Shown here in pieces: positions 41,418-50,789 of a stretch of 64,000 nucleotides of DNA. This DNA comes from an uncultured bacterium (GTDB taxonomy: Bacteria > Chloroflexota > UBA5177 > JANWHV01): contig CAVSOU010000010.1 of the NCBI GenBank assembly GCA_963729625.1, positions 1-64,000 of the forward strand, in the 5' to 3' direction. The notes beneath the pieces were generated by a model. The model did no database searches and was not told where the DNA came from. It saw only the letters and a list, made by a program, of their open reading frames with translations. The position numbers were made by a program, and so were the translations under genes. Positions within the stretch are counted from its first letter, which is position 1, and each line of letters starts with the position of its first letter.

Positions 41418-41533
41418 GATCCCCGATCCTTTCGCATCGTGGTTTCAACTTTCCGGGGCTCCAAACGACCTTTCTTGGTGCATACTTGCTTCGCCTGGCC
41501 GCAGCTGTCCTAACCCGCCCATCCGCGACCCGC

Positions 41534-41574
41534 CGGGGCACCCGCCCAAAGGGTGGGTCGTGGTGCCCCGGCTC
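41534..41574. terminator. Nested GC hairpin between the two secreted-protein genes
   Basis: gccggggcac...gtgccccggc with an alternative inner acccgccc-aaa-gggtgggt stem. Confidence 0.45.
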
Positions 41575-41644
41575 TGGTCCCAAGTCTATCAGTCAATGCC
41601 ACCGGGCACGCCTATGAGGCAGGCGCCGCTCCCGCCGCGCGCGT

Positions 41645-42184
41645 TCATTGGACATTGCCGCGATCTGGGAACAGTCTGGTTGCGTTCATGGTGACGATAG
41701 CCGGTACGCTGCTGCTCGTGCCATCGGGATTGTGCACCGTAAGCGAGGTCATGATCGCCAGAATCTCGCTCGCGTTATCGACGAACACCGTGGACCAGGT
41801 CGCTGAGCGAATCAATGTGCCCGATGGGTCGTAGAGGCTGACGGTCTGCGTGCCGGTGCAGTCGGGATTCACCGTGGCGGTGCCTTTGATCGTGTTCACG
41901 GCGATTTGGCCGCCTACGCTGGCGGTTTGCGTCCCTGAGATATTCCCGTGGGCGTCCCAGGTGGTTCTCCCGACGACTGCAAAGAGGGCCGGACCGGCCG
42001 GCCGGATGAGCGTTCCGGTTGCGCTGTGTCCCCACACCCCTGCCACGGCGGCGGTGGAGCACGTGCCAGGGCCCTGGCTCCGAGCCTGAGCGGGCGTTCG
42101 CGCTCCCGGAGGCGCCGCTACCGTCGCCACTCCCAGCAAGAGCGTGGCGGCGAGACAGAATATCCCCGCAGTGTTGCGCTTCAT
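41645..42184 (-). CDS. Secreted lipocalin-like beta-barrel hypothetical protein
   Basis: GGAGGA RBS, signal peptide, CSTAAVAGVW...GTATVNPDCTG (paired Cys). Confidence 0.75.
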   Translation of the reverse strand: MKRNTAGIFCLAATLLLGVATVAAPPGARTPAQARSQGPGTCSTAAVAGVWGHSATGTLIRPAGPALFAVVGRTTWDAHGNISGTQTASVGGQIAVNTIKGTATVNPDCTGTQTVSLYDPSGTLIRSATWSTVFVDNASEILAIMTSLTVHNPDGTSSSVPAIVTMNATRLFPDRGNVQ

Positions 42185-42552
42185 GGATGTCCTCCATTCC
42201 CATTACTGTGGTTTTGGGTCGATGCACTTCGGACCTGTACCAGAACCACACGGACGACGCTGACCCCTTTCTTGAACCGTGCGCTCGGCTCACCCTCCTT
42301 CCTTACGCTCCCGATAGCGTGCCGCTGATATTTCAACTGGCTCAACGGCACCGGACCGTGCGCGGCCTTGACCCTGCGTCGCGCGCACTAGGAGCACTCA
42401 ACATCGCCCAGCCACCACACGTTTCCTGCCGCCTCGCGCGGGAGTGGGACGAGTTCGGGTCCGCCCGCGGCGGTTCTTCCGGCGAGAAGGCGCGCTGCGC
42501 GGGATGCCTCCCCCTTCCGTACAGTCTGCGCTTGGCTGGACGTCGCGCACCA

Positions 42553-42615
42553 GGCACAGCAGCGGCACAATGGCGGCACGATAGAGGCACAATGCCGGTT
42601 CCGGCGTGCTATGAT
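42553..42615 (+). promoter_or_regulatory. Four phased GGCAC direct repeats (11-bp period) upstream of an extended -10
   Basis: GGCAC at 42553, 42564, 42575 and 42586; TGcTATGAT at 42607-42615. Confidence 0.7.
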
Positions 42616-42665
42616 GGTGCCGGGAGCGGGAGGAAGGCGGCGCCGCAGAGCGCAGCTAGGGTGCG

Positions 42666-45600
42666 ATGGCTGGTACAGCCCCGCAAGTGTTTGGCAGGCT
42701 GCTCCGAGAGTACCGCCTGGCCGCCAGCCTGACGCAGGAGGAGCTGGCGCAGCGGGCGGGCTTGAGTGCGCGCGGGCTCAGGTACCTGGAGCAGGGCACC
42801 CGCCGCGCCCATCCGGACACGGTGCGCCGGGTCGCGGATGCCCTTGGCCTCACGACCGCGGACCACGATCGTTTGCTCGCGGCCGCGCGTGCTTCTCCGG
42901 AGGGTGCTGCAAACACCGCAGTGCCGTGGCTCGGTCTCGTGGGGGAGGGCCAATCGCTGCTCACCGGGCGGCTGGAGGAACAGCTGTCGCCAGGCGAGAG
43001 AACGTCCCTCGCCGTCCTCTCGCATGCGGTGGAGGACGGCGACTTTGTGGCGCGGCTGCAGGCTGACCTCGCCGCGAACGGTGTCGCAGGCTGGTCGGAG
43101 CACTCCCAGCCGCAGTCCGGGGCGGGCCGGCCGGAAGCGATGCGGACGGCCATGCGCGCCTGCCGGGCTGTGCTGCTGGTGGCGTCGCCCGCTACCCGCT
43201 CATCGCGCTGGGTCCTCAGGGAGCTGAGCCTGGCCGAGATGTACGGCCGCCCCATCGTGCCAATCTGGTCGGCGGGGGAGGAGTGGCAGGACTGTGTGCC
43301 AGTGGGACTGGCCAGCGTGCCCTACGTGGATGCCCGCGGGGCGCGCTATGCCGAGGCAATCGCCGCCATCGTCGCCGCCATGGGCGCGCGCTCTCCCATG
43401 GAGGACTTCGTGCGCGCACCTGCCGCGCCGGTGGTACCACGCAACCCGTACAAAGGCCTGCGCGCGTTTGGCGAGGAGGACGCGGGCGACTTCTTCGGGC
43501 GGACCGCCTTCGTGCAGACGCTGGTGGAGGCGGTTGCGTCCATCCTGGCTACGGCGCAGGCCGCGCCGGCCCGCCTGCTGGCGGTAGTGGGGCCGAGCGG
43601 CTCGGGCAAGTCCAGCCTGGTGCGCGCCGGGCTTGTGCCATGCCTGAAGGCGGGCGCCTTGCCCGGCAGCGAGAGCTGGGTCTACCTCGATCCGGTCCTG
43701 CCCGGCGCCCGGCCCCTGGAGGCCCTGGCCGTGGCCCTGGCAGGCAAGGGTGAGCGCAGCATCCATGCCCTGCGGGAGGACCTCGGCGCCGAGGACGCCC
43801 GTGGCCTGCACCTCTGGGCGCGGCAACTGGCGCCTCATCCCGAGCAGCGGGTGGTGCTGGTGATCGACCAGCTCGAGGAGCTGTTCACGCTCACCACGGA
43901 TGAGGAGGAACGCCGGCAGTGCATCGACCTCCTGCTCACCGCGGTCGGTGAGCCGCGCGGCCCCCTGCTGGCCATCCTCACCCTGCGTGCCGACTTCTAT
44001 GACCGGCCACTGGCCTATCCCGGTCTCGCGGCCCTGCTGGAGACGCACGGCAAGGTCGTGGTGCCGATGAGCGTGGCCGAGCTGCGGGAGGCCGTCGAGC
44101 GGCCCGCCGCCCTGCCCGACGTGCAGCTCGACTTCGAGCCCGGCCTGGTGGGCGACCTGCTCTACGAGGTGGCAGGCCAGGCGGGGGCGCTGCCGCTGCT
44201 GGAGTTCACCCTCGAGCAGCTCGTCGCGCGCCGCCAGGGAACGACCCTGACCGTGGCCGCCTACGAGGAGCTGGGCGGCGTGCGCGGCGCGATGAGCCGG
44301 CAGGCCGAGGCGACCTACACCGCGCTGCCCACCGACGATCATCGACATCTGGCGCGGGCGCTTTTCCTGCGGCTGATCGACCCGGGCGCCACCGAGCAGG
44401 ACACGACCCGCCGGCGAGCAGCAGTGAGCGAGCTGATCCTGTCCGACGCCGGGCAGACTGCGCTGATGCGCGAGGTCGGCCGACGCCTTCGTGCTGGCGC
44501 GGCTGCTGACCGCGAGCGAGCAGGGCGGGGTGAGCCGGCTGGAGGTCAGTCACGAGGCGCTGATTCGCGAGTGGCGGCGGCTGGCCGGCTGGCTGCACGA
44601 GGCGCGCGAGGACGTCCGCCTGCAGCAGACGATCAGCGCCGACGCCGCGATCTGGGCCCGGCGTGGCCAGCCCAGCGACCATCTCTATCGCGGCACCGTC
44701 CTGGCGGAGGCACGGGCCTGGGCAGCGCGGAACACGCCGAGCGCCGAGGAGCAGGCTTTCCTGGAGGCGGCTGGGCATGCAGAGCACGAGCAGGCGGCGA
44801 GCGGAGCAAGTGCGGCAGGCACGGGAACTGGCGCTGGCGCGGCAGGCGGCCCGGGCCAACCGGCGTGCAGCTACGCGGCTCCGCCTGCTGGCCGGCGTGC
44901 TGGCCATGTTCCTGGTGGTGTCCGCGGGCCTGAGTGCCTTTGCCGTCAACAACGCCTCGGTGGCCTCCGATGCAAGGGCGCGCGCGGTCGCGGCCCGCGA
45001 TGCGGCGCTAGCCGAGGTCGCGCGCGATGTCGGCCTGCGGGCCGGCACGTTGCTGGGCAGCCATTTGCAGGTCGCGCTTCTCCTGAGCGTAGAGTCCGAT
45101 CGGCTGAGCGGCTCACCGCGGAGCCGTGCCGCGTTGATCCGGGCGGTCACCTATAGTCCTCGGCTGCTCGCATTTCTCACCACGCAGGCCAGCGCTGTAC
45201 TCAGCGTGGCCTTCAGCCCAAAGGGCACAATCCTGGCTGCGGGCAGTGACGACGGCACGGTCCGGTTATGGGACATACCGCGCCGGCAGCCCATCGATCC
45301 GCCCCTCGCCGGCCATACCGGAGCCGTGAATACCCTGACATTCAGTCCAGACGGCGCGATCCTCGCCTCGGCGAGCGACGATGGCACGGTGCGGCTGTGG
45401 GATGTGGCCCGCCACCGGCTCCTCGCGCCACCCCTGGCGGGGCAGGGAGCATTTCTCAAGAGCCTGGCCATCAGCCCGAACGGCCGGATCCTCGCCTTCG
45501 GCGGCAGTGCCGGCACGATCCAGCTCTGGGATGTGGCAGGCGGCCGGCCGCTCGGCCCACCGCTGAGCGGACCGGTCGGGTCCGTCTTTGACCTGGCCTT

Positions 45601-47077
45601 CACGCCGGACGGCACGGTCCTGGCCTCGTGCAGCGGAAGCAGCACGATCTCGCTGTGGGATGTGGGCCGCCACCAGCCTCTCACGCCCTTGACCGATGGG
45701 CCCACCTTCGCGGCGCTGAGCCTGGCCTTCAGCCCCGACGGCAAGACGCTCGCCAGCGGCGGCGATGGGGGCGCAATACTTCTGTGGGATATGGCGAGTC
45801 GTCGGGTTTCAGGCCGACCACTCACCGGGCACACCGGACCGGTGTTTGGCGTGGCCTTCAGTCCCGACGGCAAGGTACTCGGCTCCGCCGGGCAGGACAG
45901 CACCATCCGGCTCTGGGACGTGGTGGACCGGCAACCGCTCGGCTCGCCACTGGTGGGACACGCCGGTTCTGTCAATGGCCTGGCCTTCAGCCCCGACGGC
46001 AGGACGCTGGCGTCCGGTGGCGATGACGGCACGATTGGCCTCTGGAACGCGGCGAGCGCGGAATCGCCTACCAAGGTGCGGGTGCTCGCGGGGCATACCG
46101 GCGCGGTCGAGAGCGTGGCGTTCAGCCCCGACGGCGCAGTCCTCGCGTCGGGCAGCGACGACGAGACCGTTCGCCTATGGCGTGTGGCAAGTGGTCAGCC
46201 TGCGGGCTCGCCGCTCAGAGGGCACACGGGCCCCGTGCTGAGCGTGGCATTCAGCCCGGACGGGACGACCCTCGCCTCGGCCAGCGCCGACACGACCGTC
46301 CGCATGTGGGATGTGGCAACAGGTCGGGCGGCAGGCCCGGCCCTCACCGTGCAGGCAGTCACGTGCGTTGCCTACAGCCCCGATGGCACGATGCTGGCTA
46401 CTGGCGGTCGTGACGGCATCGTCCGGCTGTGGGATGTGGCGAACCGGCGGCAGCGCGGTCCGCCGCTGACCGGGCACACGGCTCCGGTGTCGAGCGTGGC
46501 CTTCAGTCCCGACGGCCAGACGTTGGCGTCCGGCAGCACCGACGAGACCATTCGCCTGTGGAACGTGGGGAGCGGACAGCTGCTCGGCCGGCCCCTCACG
46601 GGTCGCACCGGCCCGGTGAACGGCGTGGCGTTCAGCCCGGATGGCAGGATCCTCGCCGCCGGCAGCGTGGAGGGCACGGCCCTGCTGTGGGATGTGGCGC
46701 ACCGGCAACCGGCCGGAACGGCGCTCGCCGGGCACACCGGCCCGGTGCTCAGCGTGGCCTTCAGTCCCGACGGCCAGACGCTGGCCGCCGGCAGCGCCGA
46801 CAAGACCATCCTCCTGTGGGACGTGGCAAGCGGGCAGCTGCTTGGTCCGGCCTTCGCCAGGCACACCGACGCGATCGTGAGCCTCGCGTTCAGTCCCAAC
46901 GGCTGGCTGTTGGCCTCCGGGAGCAACGACACGACCGTCCGGCTGTGGTCAATTGGGCCCCAGCAGCCCTTGGCTCGGCGTGCCTGTGCGATAGCCAATC
47001 GCAACCTGTCGCGCCAGGAATGGCAGCAGTACCTCGGCGACCTGCCGTACCACAGGACGTGCCCGGTCGTGGCTTGA
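42666..47077 (+). CDS. XRE HTH - TIR - nSTAND1-type NTPase - TM - 14x WD40 protein (~1469 aa reconstructed), split by +1 indels at ~44478 and ~44800
   Basis: FGRLLREYR..LTQEELA HTH; DFVARLQADL..SSRWVLRE TIR; NPYKGLRAF..FFGR, GPSGSGKSS, VIDQLEELFT, LRADF, GALPLLEF, VSHEALIREW; hydrophobic helix; GH..AFSPDG..LWD repeats. Confidence 0.88.
45175..46950 (+). repeat. 14 coding WD40 repeats (~129 bp each)
   Basis: Recurrent ttcagccccgacggc / ctgtgggatgtgg nucleotide motifs. Confidence 0.9.
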
Positions 47078-47146
47078 AGCCGTTTGCAGTCATCGACTTC
47101 GCTGTCGGAAACCGGTTCTCCGTGACGTATCGCTGAAGTGCGTTTC

Positions 47147-47240
47147 TTACTCGTTGAGCACATGCCAGACATCGAGCTGCGGTGCCAGCGCCGGATACAT
47201 GCTCGCTCGGGCAGCTTTCATGGCGCTGCCCCACCACACG
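47147..47240 (-). pseudogene. Possible DDE transposase remnant
   Basis: GSAMKAARASMYPALAPQLDVWHVL resembles the segment ending D/C-x-W-H in IS256/ISL3-like transposases; lies at the island edge. Confidence 0.3.
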
Positions 47241-47384
47241 CCTCGGCGAGACGCTCCCACGACACTCCGTGGCAACGCGCGCGGCCGCACGGTCCTCGGC
47301 GCCCCCTCGGTCTGCGCCGCGTGCTGCTCCCTGGATTTCCACGCGGCCCATGGCAGGTCCATCCCTGCCCGCTCAAACGCCGGC

Positions 47385-47458
47385 TCGAACGACACAGACA
47401 GGAGGGGTGTGCCATAACACACCACCGATCCGTCCCTCAAGCAGCCTGTGTCGTTCGA
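47385..47458. other. Long nested stem-loop between convergent genes
   Basis: 13-bp perfect stem tcgaacgacacag/ctgtgtcgttcga enclosing ggtgtg-ccataa-cacacc. Confidence 0.6.
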
Positions 47459-47505
47459 TTTGCCTCTGGTAGATCCCGATCACGCTCGAAGGGGATAGTC
47501 ACCAC

Positions 47506-49914
47506 CTAACACTCGCTGTAGCCGCAGCCGTGGCACTTCTTGCAGCCCTCCTCGAGGACAAACGCTGCGCTGCTCCCGCACTGCGGACACAAGTTGCCCA
47601 GCACTCTGGCAATAGGGAGCCTGCCCGCGGCCGGGGCGCCCTGGGCGCCGCCGTGGCCATTCCCGTTTTCCGTGGCATGCCTCGGTAACGGCCGTGACAC
47701 CGTGCTCAGTCCTTGCTGGATGTGCCAGCTCAGCGCCTGCGCGACGGCATCGGGCAGCGAGAGCACGCGTTCGGCGCCAAATCCAATGGATCGGCTGCCG
47801 CCAATGCCACGCATCTGCCCGGCAATGAGCTGCAGCCGCTCCTCTGTGGGAATTGGAGACGGCAAACGGAGATTCAGCGATATGAGCCTGCCCAGGGCTT
47901 CAGCTAGAGCCGCGATGTCGGAGCCCGCTCGACCCACGCTGATGAACACCTCAAGAGGTCCTGCATCATCCGAGTTGACGGTAATGTTGGCCGTGCCTTC
48001 CGGAGCTCTCAGTTGTCGCGTGTAGCCCCAGACAATGGGGGGACGCGGCTTCACCGTCATCGGCATAGACGGGATGTGCGCCTCGTAGTCGACGCCAGCC
48101 CCGGGAACCTGCATCGGCATCGCCGGCGCGGTCGCATCTCGGGTGCCGGCGTTGAGCACCTGGCCCGTTGCCAGACAACCGTCCCTGAATACCGTGATGC
48201 CCTTGCAGCCCTCCTGGTAGGCCAGCAGATAGGCGCGGGCAACATCGTCGACCGACGCCTCGGTGGGAAGATTCACCGTCTTGCTGATGCTGTTGTCCAC
48301 TCCACGTTGGAACGCAGCCTGCATCTTGATGTGCCATTCGGGCAGAATCTCGTGGGCCGTGACAAATACCCGTTGCCAGCGCTCGGGAACCACGTCGAGG
48401 TCGGCCACTGTTCCGTGGTCGCTGACCTTCTCCATAAGCTGGTCCGAGTAGAATTCCTGCTCGCGGGCTATGCGCTCGAAGACGGCGTTGGTCATGATGA
48501 GCTTGCGCTCAGTCACCTTTCCGCGGTCGACAATGTGCATGAAAGCAAGTGCAAACGCCGGCTCAATTCCGCTGGAACAATCGGCGATGATACTTATCGT
48601 GCCTGTAGGGGCAACCGTAGTGAGCGTCGCGTTTCGCAGGGCCGGCCCGTTCTTATAGATTGACCGGGAGAAATTGGGGAATGACCCACGCGTCCCTGCC
48701 AGCTCTTGCGACTCCTTGTGTGCTGCGCGATTGATGAACGACATAACCTTCTCGCCCAGAGCGAGGGCTTCGTTGGAGTCGTAGGGAATGGCCAGAAGGA
48801 ACAGGAGATCGGCCCAACCCATCACGCCGAGACCGATGCGCCGATTCGCTCGAACAGTATCGTCGATCAGCTGCAACGGCAGGGGGTTAATCTCGATGAC
48901 GTCGTCGAGGAATCGCGTCGTCACGCGAGTGACACGTTCGAGCTCATTCCAGTCAACATCGTACGTAGCACCATCGAGTTTGACGACACACTCGGCCAAG
49001 TTGATGCTGCCGAGGTTGCATGCGTCATACCCGCCGAGCCATTGCTCGCCGCAAGGGTTGGTCGCCTCAATCTGCTCCAGCTCGGGTATGGGGTTGCTGC
49101 CACTGTTGTTAGCGCGATCGATGAACAGCAGGCCCGGATCCCCGGTAGCCCACGCTGCATCACAAATTCGATCAAACACCATCTTTGCGTTGAGCGTGCC
49201 CGTGACTTTGCCAGTGTGCGGGTCGCGAAGCTCGTAGTCGCCTTCACGTTCGAGCGCATGCATGAACGCTTCTGTCGCGGCAACTGAGATGTTGAAGTTG
49301 GTGATATCCCGGAGGCCCGTTTCGGGATCGGGTCGCTTGCAGTCGATGAACTTGAGGATGTCCGGATGATCGACGCGAAGAACGCCCATATTGGCGCCGC
49401 GCCGCGTGCCGCCCTGTTTGACTGCTTCGGTAGCGGCATTGAAGACGCGAAGGAAGCTCACTGGGCCGCTCGCGACACCTCGCGTCGTCGCGACCTCGCT
49501 GCCTTCCGAGCGCAGGCGGGACAATCCGAAGCCTGTGCCGCCGCCGCTCTTGTGAATGATGGCCGCATATTTGATGGCGTCAAAGATCTCGGGGAGGCTA
49601 TCGCCTACCGGCAGGACAAAGCACGCCGACAACTGCTGTCCGTTGTTCTTGCCCGCATTCATCAGGGTCGGTGAGTTAGGCATGAACTGCCGGTCGACCA
49701 TAACCTGATAGAAGCGCTCGGCAATATCGCTCACTTCCGCTTCGTCCGCGCCCCACGTGCGCTCAGCATCCGCAACCGCCGATGCGACCCGCCAGCACAT
49801 CTGATCCTCGTCCTCGAGCGTGACGCCGTCTTTGCGCCAGAGGTAGCGTTCCTTCAGCACACGTGCCGCACTCTCCGACCACCGCCCCTTCTTGCGCTCC
49901 ACGATCATCGGCAT
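47506..49914 (-). CDS. nrdJ: Class II (B12-dependent) ribonucleotide reductase with C-terminal TSCPD/zinc ribbon
   Basis: PNSPTLMNAG, QLSACFVL, RRGANMG, TNPCGEQ, CNLGS, APTGTIS, EEGCKKCHGCGYSEC. Confidence 0.96.
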   Translation of the reverse strand: MPMIVERKKGRWSESAARVLKERYLWRKDGVTLEDEDQMCWRVASAVADAERTWGADEAEVSDIAERFYQVMVDRQFMPNSPTLMNAGKNNGQQLSACFVLPVGDSLPEIFDAIKYAAIIHKSGGGTGFGLSRLRSEGSEVATTRGVASGPVSFLRVFNAATEAVKQGGTRRGANMGVLRVDHPDILKFIDCKRPDPETGLRDITNFNISVAATEAFMHALEREGDYELRDPHTGKVTGTLNAKMVFDRICDAAWATGDPGLLFIDRANNSGSNPIPELEQIEATNPCGEQWLGGYDACNLGSINLAECVVKLDGATYDVDWNELERVTRVTTRFLDDVIEINPLPLQLIDDTVRANRRIGLGVMGWADLLFLLAIPYDSNEALALGEKVMSFINRAAHKESQELAGTRGSFPNFSRSIYKNGPALRNATLTTVAPTGTISIIADCSSGIEPAFALAFMHIVDRGKVTERKLIMTNAVFERIAREQEFYSDQLMEKVSDHGTVADLDVVPERWQRVFVTAHEILPEWHIKMQAAFQRGVDNSISKTVNLPTEASVDDVARAYLLAYQEGCKGITVFRDGCLATGQVLNAGTRDATAPAMPMQVPGAGVDYEAHIPSMPMTVKPRPPIVWGYTRQLRAPEGTANITVNSDDAGPLEVFISVGRAGSDIAALAEALGRLISLNLRLPSPIPTEERLQLIAGQMRGIGGSRSIGFGAERVLSLPDAVAQALSWHIQQGLSTVSRPLPRHATENGNGHGGAQGAPAAGRLPIARVLGNLCPQCGSSAAFVLEEGCKKCHGCGYSEC

Positions 49915-50007
49915 CTCATCCTTCCTAAGAGAGTTTGCAGTATTGCTTGGGGTTCACGCCTGGCAACACGTGGCGTCGCCGAGCGAATGCACCTCAGGAC
50001 TCCATGG

Positions 50008-50466
50008 CTAGTCGTGGCGCACGCGCTCGATTGCCTCCTGCAGCTGGCGGAGCGATGTGAAGCTGAGGTAGACCGAAGCGAAACGAAGATACGCGATGTC
50101 GTCAAGCTCGCGGAGCCTGCTCATCACGAGCCCCCCGATCGTCTGGCTGCTCACTTCTGACACACCTTGTCTGAACAATTCAGACTCGACATCGTCGACG
50201 ATATTGTCCACAGCGTCGGCCGGAATTGGCAGACGATGGCACGCTGTCGAGACACCGCGGCGCAACTTATCGCGATTGTAATCCTCGCGCTGGCCATTCT
50301 TTTTCACTACCGAGAGCCCTACGTGTTCGAGCCGCTCATAGGTCGTGTACCGCTGCCTGCAGGCGGTACATTCCCGGCGTCGACGAACGCTTCCACCGCT
50401 CTTGGTCTCAGTTTCGCGCGAGTCTATCACGCGAGAGTCGTTATGGCCGCAGTATGGGCACTTCAC
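50008..50466 (-). CDS. nrdR: Transcriptional repressor NrdR
   Basis: MKCPYC..VIDSR..RRRRECTAC..YTTYE, ATP cone, AYLRFASVY. Confidence 0.98.
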   Translation of the reverse strand: MKCPYCGHNDSRVIDSRETETKSGGSVRRRRECTACRQRYTTYERLEHVGLSVVKKNGQREDYNRDKLRRGVSTACHRLPIPADAVDNIVDDVESELFRQGVSEVSSQTIGGLVMSRLRELDDIAYLRFASVYLSFTSLRQLQEAIERVRHD

Positions 50467-50495
50467 GATGCATCACTTTCCGGCGCCTCTGCACG

Positions 50496-50511
50496 CCCCA
50501 ACATGTAGTGT
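50496..50511. promoter_or_regulatory. NrdR box
   Basis: ccccaacatgtagtgt against consensus acaCwAtATaTwGtgt; 30 bp upstream of nrdR. Confidence 0.7.
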
Positions 50512-50789
50512 TGGAACCTCAGACCTCCCCAGAGCATTGTATACGGTAGCACGTCAATGCTTGGGGATCAATGGGCATGCCGCCCAGTCTGAGGCGAGTT
50601 TCTCGGCTCGACACGAAGGCCTCTTCGCCAGTCCGTCAGGTGGCGCTCGGCGGCAGTCTTGGAAGGGCTGTCAAAGGTGTTACTCTACAAGTGATGAGCG
50701 ACGACGGCACGTTTCAGCCATCTGCCGCGGGCGACAACCGCCTGGTTATAGGCTGGCACGGCGGCGGTTTGGTCGCTGCCCTGAAGGTG

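Noticed and set aside
45175-46950. Regular ~129-bp DNA repeats as a CRISPR array or DGR template/variable repeat
   Set aside because: They are in-frame WD40 coding repeats; there is no repeat-spacer structure, cas gene or reverse transcriptase in the window.
49915-50007. Cobalamin riboswitch or intein associated with nrdJ
   Set aside because: The intergenic region is too short and lacks a B12 box; NrdJ motifs are continuous with no intein-sized insertion.
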